Translations under genes and position numbers: made by a program
From: Albugo candida
Taxonomy: Eukaryota
Assembly: GCA_040437565.1 (NCBI GenBank)
Contig: JBDOQK010000039.1
Location: forward strand, 1 to 64,000
Reading direction: 5' to 3'
Length of the DNA stretch: 64,000 nt
Notes under the pieces: model-generated
What the model was told of the DNA's origin: nothing
Databases searched by the model: none
Seen by the model: the letters and a program-made list of their open reading frames with translations, nothing else
Shown: piece after piece, positions 10,338 to 23,646 of the stretch
How the letters are laid out: every line of letters starts with the position of its first letter
Position numbering within the stretch: the stretch's first letter is position 1

Positions 10338-13300
10338 TCTGGTTCTTCTACTTAATCCTCATTTTATAAATAAAATGAGTTAATGAGAGATGCTCTCAAC
10401 TTTGCTTTACATTAATTTTGTCCGTTAAACCACGTTTAGTGTGCCGAGCAAAAGTATTTATAACACTTGGTGCGATTCCTGATTATGAGACGCTTATGAT
10501 GAGCAACGACTTATACGTATTTTTCTTACGATAATCTTTTCTATTTGCTGCATTGAACTTATTATAACGGGGTGGATCATGTAGCCCGGACATACTGTAT
10601 AAGAATGGCCGGTTCATTCCAACAGCCCCATTAAAAAGAAAAACATTATCTCAAGCTAGGATTCGAAAAGAAGTACTGAACCATTTTGATCGTGAACATA
10701 GCAGCGCTAGATTTTTTTAAGCATATGCATACTTCCTTCATTCAAATTACGAATGAGCGCAGGATCATGATATCGCTCTGATGACTCACTTGATGCTTAT
10801 AATTTCGTTAGCTGTTCTACGACACTCAGGGCCTTCTCATGTGCCAGTTTGATCGAAAGAGGATGGCAAAATATGAACATACGCCTTATTGCATGGCCTG
10901 AGGAAATTATGAGCTTAGGTAACAGGGAGAATTTTGTAAGCTTAAATTCTTATGCTGAAGTGCAAGCTGAGTGAAGGAGGAGTTCTGACAAGAAAATGGA
11001 ACTTATAAGACATAAATGCTGATATATAATCGAAACGTCACTCAGTGTCGATAAGCAACACTGACAGAGATCTAGACTCGCCTTTTCGTTTCTGAATAAT
11101 ATGTCTACGTCTATCGAAAAGGTAAGACTCGTTTACATGGAGCACAGGCCACTTTCACAGCGCCATGAACACAATAACTGAGGAATTATTCACGATTTGC
11201 TATATTACGCAGCAATAAGCCCTGATACACGGATAATATTCATGTTCTTAATTGATAATATGCTGCGCGTGATAGAGGTAGGAGGTAGTGACGATTAAAG
11301 TGAATCGGACATATTACCATTATCTTTTTGTGTATTGCCTGTTGAGAATTCCCACTTCAGAAACTTGTTCCCGATTTTGTTGCGGTGGTGTAAATTGTTG
11401 TGTCATGGGAGCTTTAACATTCATCCAACACTGTCTTTCCAATTCAGCCGAGACGGCTTCAAGAATTGTGCCACTGTGATTTTCATAGCTAGCAATGAGC
11501 TTTTCATGAATGTGGGCACAATCCGGCCTCCTGATCAGCCCGCTTCGAAAAATAAATTGAAATGATGACAATGTGATTACAGCTTAATGACAATCGAAAT
11601 CAAGATAACTTTGAAGAGGCACTTTTATTGAATGGTGAGCATGGAGCCTGTTCATGGGAACGTGATGACTTGAATATCGACTTGATTGATTTATAATCTG
11701 TCATTGTCTTCTGGTTATTGCTGATCTCCTGCTTTAACGCCACATTGTGCACATGGAGAAAAGCTACGGAAGCTCTCTGTTTTCTTGAGGTGTGGCCGAC
11801 AAGTGCTATGATGTTACCTCAACGAGCGATTGGATTCTTTCCCTTGGAAACTCTTCCAAGTAACAAATCAGATATTCTGAGTCTAGTCCTGGATATCCAT
11901 TTTTCATCTATTGAATACAATTTGATGCCCCACACAAAATTTTAATAATATCGGACGGAGTAAACGACAACTACTATTATACAGACGCTCAATGGTGCTG
12001 AAGTTGTCACAGAGCTGGCAGAAACTGACTTGTCAATTTCTTCAAAGTGTGCTATCGCCGGACGGATGTTCTCTTTTAACGCTTTCTTTCGTAGAAGTCT
12101 TGACTGAGTGATGCAAGACAACTAAAAATCTAGATTTATCAATCTGTGTCTGATTGATTGGCTGACCCACGCAGACGCAGTTGGGTCTTTTTCACGAAAT
12201 ATGTGAAGTTGGCTGACGAATTTCAGTACCAGATTCGTCTTCTGCTGGCTAGTCCTGTAGCAGTGCGCTCAAAAAGGACGGGTCACGAGTACGTTGGTGC
12301 ATTGATGAAAGGATAAGTCGTTTTGTGTTCTCAGAGCTGCTTACAGAGACTATCGTCTTCCGGGTTCCTGTTAAGTACATTGACACACTAGTATTGAATG
12401 AAACAAAACCAGCGAGACTACATAAATATGAAGGATGTTAATCCCAGCGCGTGGAAAAACAAAAATCAATCGTACACGAAATGTTTTGCAGCAATTCAGT
12501 GACTTTCAGCACTTGTTTTGAGCAAATTGAACATTTGTCGAATAAAAATGAAGGGTTAAGTGCATTTAGCGACTCAATCAAGAAAAAAAAACAGTTGTTT
12601 AGCAAGCAAATTCAAGTGCAGATCAAACAACAATGAGTTTTGAGACCTATGTACACATTCCAGACACTCCGTACAAGTGCATTCTGCCTATTTCGACTTT
12701 GATAAATAGTGTAACATATTTTCGGATTCGTATCGAAAATAGGGCAGAACAATGATGGAATGAATCTAGGGAATCTGCTCAGCATTATAATTATTTATGA
12801 TCTTAGCGAAGAATGAGGCCGTCTATAAATCGTATCTTGCAAGCAAGTCTTAATATTTCGACTGACAGCGAATCTAAAGGCAATCAATCTAATAACAGTT
12901 CACTGGCGAGCCCACTGGCGTTTATAAAAGTCGTTCTGGCTAGTTTATAACTGCGATGCGGTGAGACCAAGTGAAGCTTAGACAGCAAATGGAGTTATCT
13001 TGGGATCAGCTGATGTAGTTGCGATAGTTTCTAGAACTTTCGGGTCTATTAGATACTAAAATATTAGGATTTGCGGAGTATAGTGTTGATTGAAATCCAA
13101 AAAATTCACCTTCATCACAGATTCGACGTACGATGGGGCGATGAAGTCGTATCTGATCGATTCATGGCGTTCACAAGTGGTGCTTTTCGAAAGTCCATGT
13201 GAGATGGCAACAGATGAGAAAGAATCATTTGCTTGGCATAACGTGCAAGGAATTAAAAGTTCTTTGCTGAGAGCCAGATACTTGCGCATTTCACGGATGG

Positions 13301-15742
13301 TTTCATACGTTTAAATCATTGATTACATGATATCTCGATAGAGCAGACACGTTGCAACGTTGGTCAATATTGCTAGAATTTTTCGATGTATCGTGGATCA
13401 TGTGACTAGTAAGGAGTCTGTCTGTCTAATTCTAGCATTTTTGAACCTTGTCAACTGTTATGGGCTGTGCTCCTTGTATAACAAATTTGTACAAACAGCA
13501 ATCTATCTTTGATTTCTAACCGATGGCTTTCTGGGTCAAAATCGCAGAAATGACTTTCATTCGTAGACGTCTCCTTACCCCTGTTGATGTCATCACTAGC
13601 AAAGGTATCCCTACAACGCACCTTAATCATTTCTTGTCACTCTTTATAAATGCCAATCATTGCCCGCGTGATATTCGTAGCGGAGGTTACGACAGCATCG
13701 AATAGCCTTCGAGATGCTTGACATAGATGACGATAAAAATGTTTGCAAATCAGAGACCTTGAATCCGGTTATCTTTTTCTCAGTTATCAACAAATGCTTT
13801 TCAGCTTACGGAGAACTGCGAATGATGGCAGCTATCGAGGAATACGCTTTTCGAACTTGATTTGAGTCTATTTATTCAGGAGGTCATATAATGATGTCAG
13901 TACATTTGCTTCTTGTGTCTCTGAACCCACTTTAAGTGCGTTCACTCTTATGAAGTTATCTTGCAATAGAAATGATGCCAAAAGCTATTCTTACACCTTC
14001 TCATTATCTCAACACAGTATTTTAGTCTAGGAAAATTACAAGAGGACACAGATTGGCCGTGATCAAAAGAGTATTGCACATCATGTAAATTCAAGGTCGA
14101 ATTACAATTTAATGGCCTGACATTAGAGCCGATACGTAGCGACCTTATGGATCGCAAGCTCAAGTCCTTAGCAGCACAAACTCCTCAACGACCTCTACAA
14201 TGTCATTACTAGATTTGAAGTAAGATAGATTCATCAGTAATCGTTTTTAAGACAGTAAATCAGATGTGGACACAAGTGATCAGAGTATCTCATCGGCTAT
14301 CCAGAGTTTTCTATTCATCGCGGTCTGATTGTCAATTTACCAAAAGGAAGGGTAATCTACTTGATTGGTGGTAGCTGCCGAAGTGAGTACATTATCCTTA
14401 TTTCTCTACTCGACCTTTCTCTACACGTAGCCTAGCTGCTGCGTACCGTCTCTATCCCTGACGTACCACCCACGTCGTGATTATACCGCGAAAATGGATG
14501 CCTGCTGCGTTTCGAACCCAGCAAGGGTACATCTCTTTTCAACACTGATACTTCGCAAGTACTGCCAATCTTTCCCCAAAACATTGCCAGCTATCATCAA
14601 ATTCAATCATTAGTACACTAACATAATCGCAATGCAAGGAATCTTTGGCGTATTCGTTATCAATCATGCGACCGTATTTGATACTATCGTGGGTTTTTGT
14701 TTATTGTCTGTCTTTCGTATGTATCACATACATGTACGATCTTGGTCCAACACAAATGCAAATTCAGCTCAAGACATGCGGTATGTGATCACAGAAATCA
14801 TTGAAGCAAATAGTGAGAAGGTTACATCAAGAAGCCCTCAGAATTAGATGCAAGGTTGGCGTCGTAGAAAATAATATATCAGCTGCTCATCTCGGTGCCC
14901 CCATTTTTCTGTTGCGGAATGAGACCATTACTGCCAAAAATTGGAATCCTCTAGATAAGCTTGCTGGAGTCTTACCTTATAATGAAATGCGAAGCATAAC
15001 GGAACGGAATGCCTTATTTAGGATTATTTGAGATTCTTCCGTGATCGGATAGTAGGAAGTACGCAGCATTACGACCAGGCAAATTACAATTTCTGCATGA
15101 ACCAAATCTACCTCATTTAAAACTATTATTGCCACAACATGAATTCTTATGGATCGTATGGCCTATGCTTCCAACTACTTGCACACTGAGGAATTTATCG
15201 TTCACCATCACGATGCCCTCCATCCACGTTGATATAACTTCATTGCATCAAGGGCTAACACGAGAACGAACGATTGAAGAAGAAAAAATTTGATCTATCT
15301 GGATAGAGCCCAAATGCTCACAATGTAATGCATAGACCTCCTGGATTTATGACAATTAGACTATCGGACAGCTATGATCAAGTCACGAAGATAATTTGCA
15401 TCCAATCGATTCTTATAATGCACTCGTTGTCAACAATGACCTCAGCCGTGGTACGACACTCCAACTTTATAATACTGTCATTATGGAAAGGATTGCCTGG
15501 TTTTTCGTAAATTACCTGATCGCGAGGTAGCGGAATAACTGTGTGACACAAACACATTTCTCCCATTAGATCGGTTCATTCAGAAAAACCAACACCCTTC
15601 ACAGAAGATTCATCAGTGTGCAGTACATTACAGGCAGTCGAAGAATATCAATACATATTTGAATTCAACCAAGCGATGTAAAGACACGCAAGAAGCGTCT
15701 TAGCTCTGCGTATCGAATCTCTGGGGCTTGAGAAAAGTTTCG

Positions 15743-16642
15743 AGCATGAGTTTCAGTGAAACACATTGGATGAACTGTTCCATCTTTCATTCTCCCATTG
15801 CGCATCTTTGGCTGTTTTCCACCTGATCCCAGATTCATTTTTTTCCCGACAAGGGCATCAGCAGCAAATGTAGCATGACTTGCAGCATTGTCAAATGCAA
15901 AGAGGGCTTTGGATGTGGGGTACTGTGCCTCAAAAATTGGAATTGCGCGATCTCTCACCTGTTTAAAAAGATCTCCACAAGTCCACCACCCATCATAATT
16001 CTTTCCAGTATGCATAATAACACACGCTTCCTTTGGGACACCGGGATGCTCGAGCTGCTTCAGATCACTCAGTGATAGGCGACCCCCAACATCAGACAAG
16101 AATTCGCTGACATGGATTGATCTTCCAGCTCCTTTTTTTCGAAGTGGTTGCTGACCATGCTGCATCCATAGATTCTTCTGACCATCGTGTGCCGCAAAGG
16201 TGCTTTCATCGTGTGTTACATGAACGATCGACTCTCCCACTGGCCAGGTTTCAATGTCCATCTCCTTCCGTGAGAAAATTGGCATCCGCACTTCAAGATC
16301 TGCCATGCGCTTCAAGAAGATTGTACGATGTTCAAGAACGTCGGGGCGTTCATGCCCAACCACAAACATTTCTTTGCGAACTTCGGAATACTTTAGTCCC
16401 AGTCTCTGCATCCATCGGATTGCGGTTTTACCAGAAATCACTTTGGTGCTTCCTGCATTGGGAAGAATTTGATGATTGACATGCTCGGTGAATTCAGCGG
16501 GGTTGATTTTGAACTTGTTTTGACGGAGATACAATCGAACCCTAGCAAGAACATCTTCATCCATCAAAGGCTGCGTGACTTGACATGTTGGCCTTGCTTG
16601 CTGTTCGGAAGATCAGCAGTGGCAAGATACATGGCTCCCCAT
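15743..16642 (-). pseudogene. Central fragment of a Tc1/mariner-IS630-like DDE transposase
   Basis: ORF 15665-16567: GHERPDVLEHR..FL, VTHDESTFAAHDG, QPLRKKGAGRSIHVSEFL, DGWW, AIPIFE, FAFDNAASH, MNLGSGGKQPKMR. 15743-15870 is almost identical to 3918-4044. Confidence 0.85.
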
Positions 16643-17358
16643 NNNNNNNNNNNNNNNNNNNNNNNNNNNNNNNNNNNNNNNNNNNNNNNNNNNNNNNNNN
16701 NNNNNNNNNNNNNNNNNNNNNNNNNNNNNNNNNNNNNNNNNNCATTACAGGCAGTCGAAGAATATCAATACATATTTGAATTCAACCAAGCGATGTAAAG
16801 ACACGCAAGAAGCGTCTTAGCTCTGCGTATCGAATCTCTGGGGCTTGAGAAAAGTTTCGACAAATGAAGCAAGGTACTCCTCTATCGTTACAGCTTCGAT
16901 CTCACACATACGACACCCACAAAGGCAACACGTATTGCTTCAGATCTGTTAAAAATTAGCAGTACGAGCGAACAGATGCAAGCGGCTCATGTCTGCGCTG
17001 TTTATATGCACGGCTCATATGAGCGCTCTCCGATGGCAACGTCTTTTTGATGCAATTATTTTGCTATCCGCTATGACATGTGATCGCTGCACTTCGCTTT
17101 CTCCAGCTTCATCTTTCTCAAAAACGCTATTTCCAACGCTATGCCTTCTTCTCATTCAAAGTCAGATCTCGCATTACAATTTGCAGCTACTACTGTCCGT
17201 TAATCGCCGCAAACCTTTACGAGATCATGCCATTTCCCGATAAGCGCTCTTCAGACATTGTGATGAAATAGCTTGCAAGTTTAATTGCAGCAGGTAGAAC
17301 GTACCTCTTCACGAAGTGACTCGGTATACTGTCGTAAGGATATCGATACTGCGACCTA

Positions 17359-18275
17359 ATGACCGATGCTGCTAGTAGTGAGCCTAAGGTGTTATATTGC
17401 ATTCGCCATGGAGAGTCTATGTACAATGAATGGAGAAAGCGTAGCCTTTTAAATTTCTCGTGGATTTATGTTCGAGATCCAATGATCTTTGATTCCCCAC
17501 TGACATCAAAAGGGCAGAAAGAAGTCAGTAACGAATACGGTAATTCGACTAATGCTAATTGTTACACTAAAGCTAGGCTCAACTCCTTTGCCAAAAGATA
17601 AAGAGAGAGGACATTCACACAAAAGTACAAGTGGTCAGTGTTTCTATAAGTACTGCCTGTCAATCAAGTGTGCTCACATACTTGAAAATAAAGATTGTTT
17701 GTAGTCCGCTTACAAGAGCTATACAGACGGCTTTGGAAGCGTTCAAAGGATGTGAAATACCTATAGTTTGTACGTTTTGAAACATCACGCGCCTACATTT
17801 TTTATCTGGTAGCGTCTCTAGTGGAACCTCTCTGCCGAGAAGAGCTCGGTACCGCATGTGACGTTGGAAGCTCACCTGACGGTAAGTCTATATCATCGTC
17901 TGATTTACACAAATATCATCTGAATGGAAGATGCTAGAGCTCGAAAAGGCATTTTCGCATGCATCCGAAGCTCTAGACTTTTCGAATCTTGCGTTGCTTT
18001 GGTGGTTGCCTTCATCCAAGCAAGCTGACTCTAATGGCTCTATACAGCTACCGAAAACTCCAAGTGAAGTAACACTGATACGTGAATGCAAGAAGGAGTT
18101 GGAAAGACGTATTGAGGAGTTTGTCAAGAGTCTAATGGCATTACCTCAGCAACACATCGCCATAGTGGGGCATAGTGGTTACTTTAAGAAGATGTTACGC
18201 ATGCAACGCAAACTCAACAACTGTGAGATGCATATTGTGACACTTGATCAGGTCATTCTCAAGAATCAACTTTGA
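17359..18275 (+). CDS. Histidine phosphatase / phosphoglycerate mutase family protein (about 5 exons)
   Basis: YCIRHGES..N, DSPLTSKG, IVCSPLTRAIQTA, EPLCRE..TACDVGS and IAIVGHSG motifs, joined through short GT-AG introns. Confidence 0.9.
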
Positions 18276-18942
18276 TGTGGTCCTTGATAGTGCTAATATA
18301 AAATGACTGCAATAGAACTGTTGAAGCTTCGTATCAGTTTGAGGTCACTATCGCAGACTCAGCGCAGCATGTTGCCATTTTGACTGAATTGAATTAGAAC
18401 CTTGGCATACATAGCTCGTGTCAAGCCAGTTTGGGTGTGAGTCGCTCAGTAGTTGGTCGTTCGAGTGCATGTGCACGGTGAACGCACAGTAATTATTGCT
18501 ATATTTGTAGTAGATAAAGCCGGGTAGATTACTATCAAAGAAAGAAATGGGGATGCAGTATGTGTGTAAATTTTACGTGCGCAGAGTACATTTTGACTTC
18601 TGGCTTGCAGTCTCTTGCTGGTTTGTATTCTTTTCAGTGGAGTCACTACCTCCGGAGTTATCCGTGGTACTCTCCTCTTCATTCCCTTTGTCACCAGCTG
18701 GGTATACTTCTCCCGCACCTTTTGAAGTGNNNNNNNNNNNNNNNNNNNNNNNNNNNNNNNNNNNNNNNNNNNNNNNNNNNNNNNNNNNNNNNNNNNNNNN
18801 NNNNNNNNNNNNNNNNNNNNNNNNNNNNNTTCGAGTGCATGTGCACGGTGAACGCACAGTAATTATTGCTATATTTGTAGTAGATAAAGCCGGGTAGATT
18901 ACTATCAAAGAAAGAAATGGGGATGCAGTATGTGTGTAAATT

Positions 18943-20263
18943 TTACGTGCGCAGAGTACATTTTGACTTCTGGCTTGCAGTCTCTTGCTGGTTTGTATTC
19001 TTTTCAGTGGAGTCACTACCTCCGGAGTTATCCGTGGTACTCTCCTCTTCATTCCCTTTGTCACCAGCTGGGTATACTTCTCCCGCACCTTTTGAAGTGG
19101 TTTCTTCTTCAAGTTTTGCGGCAGTATCAGGCTTTGTTGTAGTCTCAGGCTTTGTTGCAGTCTCAGGCTTTGTTGTAGTCTCAGGCGGTGGTGTGGTCTC
19201 AGGCGGCGATGTGGTCTCAGGCGCTGGTTTAGTCTCTGACGGTGGTGTGGTCTCAGGCGCTGGTTTAGTCTCTGACGGTGGTGTGGTCTCAGGCGCTGGT
19301 TTGGTATCAGGATTTGGTGTGGCGTCGTTTTTTGTGTCAAGCTGGGTTCCTTCATTAACGTTTGTTTTAGTTGGATCGGAATACTCATTACTTCCCTCAG
19401 TAGACTCCTTATTCCCTGACGAGCTTGACTTAACTGGAAATGCATTTGTGTACACTTGCCAGCCGGCACCGTGCATTGCCACCCAATAGAACCACACCTT
19501 TTTTGCTTTGCTGCATGTATCAAAATCGATCGGAATCACTGCAGGTTTACCGGTAAATTTGAAATGACAATTCAATTCATACACTACTTCTTTTTCGTCG
19601 CACATGACAGAGCATGGACCATGATGACCAAGATCATTTCCAAATATGAGAGTCTTGTTGATGACGACAGACGCCATTTGGTCTGGTAATGTGTATCCGT
19701 CTATAGGTGTTGCCCCCGGTTCTACCACTTGATTTTTGCGGATAAACTCTGCAAGCGTGGCATACTTGTATTTAGCCTTCATGCACTTGTCGTAATTTGC
19801 GACATTTGTTTCTGGTCCAGTCGACAGCTCGTATCCTGGGCACATACGGGTACCATTTACAATCGCGGAATATGCTGTTGTATCAACTCCTGCCTTAAAT
19901 ACACATAGTGGATCATATCCTTTTTCGGTCTTATACACTAAGTGTCCATGTCCATTGATTGTTGGAATTGCAGACCATAAAATAATACTTAATACGCGAT
20001 GAATCGACGCANNNNNNNNNNNNNNNNNNNNNNNNNNNNNNNNNNNNNNNNNNNNNNNNNNNNNNNNNNNNNNNNNNNNNNNNNNNNNNNNNNNNNNNNN
20101 NNNNNNNNNNNAGTGGATCATATCCTTTTTCGGTCTTATACACTAAGTGTCCATGTCCATTGATTGTTGGAATTGCAGACCATAAAATAATACTTAATAC
20201 GCGATGAATCGACGCAGATATGATTGGTTTTGATTGAATTGCAAACGCTTCTGAAGCAGACAT
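18943..20263 (-). CDS. Secreted AA17-like lytic polysaccharide monooxygenase, copy 1 (~371 aa after removing the gap duplication)
   Basis: Signal-like segment then ING|HGH (His1); GHHGPCSVMCD (second His); LNCHFKFTGKPAVIPID; FYWVAMHGAGWQVY; then a P/E/T-rich tail. 20112-20216 duplicates 19907-20011 across the gap. Confidence 0.85.
19117..19312 (-). repeat. Coding PETT / KPAPETTPPSET tandem repeats (18- and 36-bp units) in the AA17 copy 1 linker
   Basis: Repeated GTCTCAGGC units visible; translation TKPAPETTPPSETKPAPETTPPSETKPAPETTSPPETTPPPETTTKPETATKPETTTKP. Confidence 0.85.
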
Positions 20264-22565
20264 TTCTTGTCCGCGAGTGTATTTCGATAGTGAGAGATGT
20301 TGACAGGAGTGTGTCCCCTCAGTAACAGGTCAGCATTGTCACCTCACGACGGTACTTACTCGTGATGGTGATTATAATACGTTTATCTGACGTGTACTCT
20401 CTTCTCCAGTCTTTTTCTTAGCCCGCATGATCTCCCGCTGCTGCCACATAATGAATGACGTCAACCGTACCCTTTCGTATCAAAACTGTTTCGTCGAAAA
20501 TGTGTAATCTTGATTATTGTATACTGGTAAACGTTATACTATCGTAAAACCTGATACGTGTCCAAACGACTTGATTGAGGACGAACTAGACAAGGCACGT
20601 GTCATTGGGAGAATAAGGAATTGACAGGTAATCATAGACAGGAGGAGGTCGAGACAGTATACAAAATTGCCGAAGAGTATACCCTCTTTTTTACCATAAT
20701 GCTTTGGGCCACGCAATAGCAAGCAATCTAGCAGCTTTTTGCCGATCAAGCATGAATCACTGCAGATGATGCTTTTCATGTGTTAGCTACACAGATCTCA
20801 TGATCTCATATTCTGAGTGTGTTTCTACCAAAATTCTCCCTTTTACTGCAATGTCATAGTCCGCAGCTTCTTTGTACTTTTTACAATTTTCAAGTGCAAA
20901 TTTCTCTGAATTACATTAGTCACTGTCAAATTGATGCGCATGCCCGAAGTGAGAGCGTTACTGCATTTTTGTGAATGATGAAGAGCCCAATTTGCATAGA
21001 TACCTGAGCTCTTGCCATTTAAAGGTGTTCGTAGTCTATTGCATCATCGCAACTCATCCAATGACTTACTTTTATGCTACGCAAAGACACGGAGAAATGC
21101 GTGCTCGAGGTGCCAGAGCCAGTGGTGGCCAAAGTCGTATAAGTTGAGTCAGGATGGTCTAAAAGCAGCAAAGGAGAATCCAATCATGTAATTAGCAGAT
21201 TGATAGCTCTGGTTGAGCGTACGGCTGCAGATGAGAAGCGTTTTGTCAAGCTGCAAATTGTGCCGCCGTAACACTTTATGAGTACGTCGTGCAGCTTGCG
21301 ATGACATCTTAATTCAACACGCTCGAATACTTTCCATGCAGACAATTGAACGCTTGATCACACACTTAAGGTCACATTCTTGCATCATAACATATCCAGT
21401 TCGAGAATACATGTGCATCTGTGCACGCATTGAAAATAGACTTGTGCTGTACGCAATTTTCGTGTGTATTAAAAGCTTTGACTTTGTAATATGAGGAAAA
21501 ACTACTTTCCAGCTTTGCATTCATTGAACGAATCGCGACTTCAGTTGACTGTGTGCAATACTGCGACGTGATTTGTATCAGTCACAAAACTGCTTCCTAC
21601 AGAGCTTCCTACAGCGCTGTGTGGTCATCGGCTGAACGTATAGATCAAACTTTATTATGATTTTCGATTAAATGTCTCGAGGCAGATCACGTCCAGATGG
21701 TAGATACAAATACCTGTATGACGCATACACAATCAATCTGTATCACAATTAGTTCACACTCATACATCAGCTTTGCTCNNNNNNNNNNNNNNNNNNNNNN
21801 NNNNNNNNNNNNNNNNNNNNNNNNNNNNNNNNNNNNNNNNNNNNNNNNNNNNNNNNNNNNNNNNNNNNNNNNNNNNNNGTACAGCAGTAAATGAGCAGCC
21901 GTATGTTGAGCCGCAAATTGTCCCACCGCAATTTGTACAGCCTTGCGAGCAAATCTTGATACAACACGCTATAGAAGTGCTCATGCAGACAATTGAACGC
22001 TTGATCACGGAATGAAGGCCATATTCTTGCAGTCACATCGTCTTCAGTTCGAATACGTGTGCATCTGTGCACGCATGAAAAATAGACTTATGCTATACGC
22101 AGTTTTCGTGTGTTTTCAAAGCTTTGACTTTGTAATATGAGGAAAAACTACTTTCCAGCTTTGTATTCATTAAACAAATCGCAGACTTCAGTTGACTATG
22201 TGCAATACTGCGACGTGATCTGTCTCAGTCATACAACTGCTTCCTACAGAGCTTCCTGCAGCGCTGTGTGGTCATCGGCTGAACGTATAGATCAAACTTT
22301 ATTATGATTTTCGATTAAATGTCTCGAGGCAGATCAGGTCCAGATGGTAGATACAAATGCCTGTATGACGCATACACAATCAATCTGTATCACAATTAGT
22401 TCACACTCATACATCAGCTTTGCTCGTGAAAATCACAGCCATTACTTGCTCACAATTTACACAGTAGTACTTAGAGAATTGAATTGGTTGTAAATTAGTT
22501 TGTTAGTAAAAAATGCTGTCGAAAAGTCCAATATGCTTGAACGGTACGATTGTGAGCAATTGCGA

Positions 22566-23618
22566 CTATTGGCGGAGCGTGCATCGACTAGCGGGCGGTG
22601 CAGGCGTATTACTTTCTTCGGTTTTATCATAATTGTCTCCGCTTTCAGGTTGCCCGCCTTGCTGAGTACCTTGGTGCTCAACACTTGGTCCGCCTGATTG
22701 TTGGCCACCTTGTTGAGGAGCTGGTTGTTTTTCTGCTTCTTGAGGTGGTGGTTGTTCTGCTTCTTTGGGCGGTGGTTGGTCAGTTTCCTTGGGAGTTGGT
22801 GCGTCTTTCGGTGGAGTACCTTTATCTTGGCCGTATTCTCCTCCTCCATTCTCACCGCCCTTTTTCTCACTTTCCCCCTTCTTATCATCCCCACTGCCAG
22901 AAGCTTCGCCTCCTTTCTCACCTTCACCTTTCTTATCATCCCCACCACCAGAAGCTTCGCCTCCTTTCTCACCTTCACCTTTCGTATCATCTCCACCGCC
23001 GGATGCTCCACCTCCTTCAACGCTTTTCACTTTGAATACGAAATTATAAACTTGAATTGCATCCGCTGAGTGCAATGCGACCCATAAGAACTGGCAAAGC
23101 GTGTCAATTATGACCTTTTCCAGATGTTTTAATGGAATGTGATCTCCTGGAGCGTCCTCAATACACTGCATCGAATCAAAAAGTACGACCGGTGCTTCAT
23201 CTGGTAAGCCACATGTAAAGCTGCAAGGTCCCACGTGAGTCTTGGATAATGGCGTAACGGGAAATTTCGCGGTCAACTCGTAACTCTCCACTGAGGAACA
23301 GCTTGCGGTTTCAAATGTTGTGCCCTTGTTCCAAGTGGTATACTTTTTGACAAACGCGGGAAGCTGGCTTGACTTGAAATCCGTTTTTTTCGCCCATGCT
23401 GAGAATGCATCCCATGCAATTTCAGGGCCATATTTGTACTGACCCGCAGGATCAAAATCTGCTCCCTGCATCTTACCATTATTTCCATACATGTCGTTAC
23501 CTTCGTTGTACACGCAAATTGACTTGCCACCTCCCGCAAGTCCAGGATGCGTATGGCCATGCACTGAAGTTTGTCGTAATAGAAATTGCAGAGCCGTAAA
23601 TCGGGCAATCAGGTTCAT
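22566..23618 (-). CDS. Secreted AA17-like LPMO, copy 2 (350 aa, divergent)
   Basis: MNLIARFTALQFLLRQTSVHG|HTH; KTHVGPCSFTC; QFLWVALHSADAIQVY; G/E/K- and P/Q-rich tail ending SRCTLRQ. The start at 23618 is supported by an upstream Inr+FPR motif. Confidence 0.8.
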   Translation of the reverse strand: MNLIARFTALQFLLRQTSVHGHTHPGLAGGGKSICVYNEGNDMYGNNGKMQGADFDPAGQYKYGPEIAWDAFSAWAKKTDFKSSQLPAFVKKYTTWNKGTTFETASCSSVESYELTAKFPVTPLSKTHVGPCSFTCGLPDEAPVVLFDSMQCIEDAPGDHIPLKHLEKVIIDTLCQFLWVALHSADAIQVYNFVFKVKSVEGGGASGGGDDTKGEGEKGGEASGGGDDKKGEGEKGGEASGSGDDKKGESEKKGGENGGGEYGQDKGTPPKDAPTPKETDQPPPKEAEQPPPQEAEKQPAPQQGGQQSGGPSVEHQGTQQGGQPESGDNYDKTEESNTPAPPASRCTLRQ

Positions 23619-23630
23619 CTTTGACGTTAC

Positions 23631-23646
23631 CAAATTGTGAATGAGA
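23631..23646 (-). promoter_or_regulatory. Oomycete Inr+FPR core promoter element upstream of AA17 copy 2
   Basis: Minus strand reads TCTCATTCACAATTTG 12 nt upstream of the ATG, close to the oomycete TCATTYYNCAWTTT consensus. Confidence 0.65.

Noticed and set aside
14495-14526. Minus-strand hairpin CTTGCTGGGTTCGAAACGCAGCAGG..CCA resembling a tRNA T-arm
   Set aside because: I could not fold an acceptor stem, D-arm or anticodon arm upstream; at most a B-box-like remnant.
18460-18729. Apparent additional AA17 3' end
   Set aside because: Identical to 18830-19099 across a 100-N gap, so an assembly overlap.
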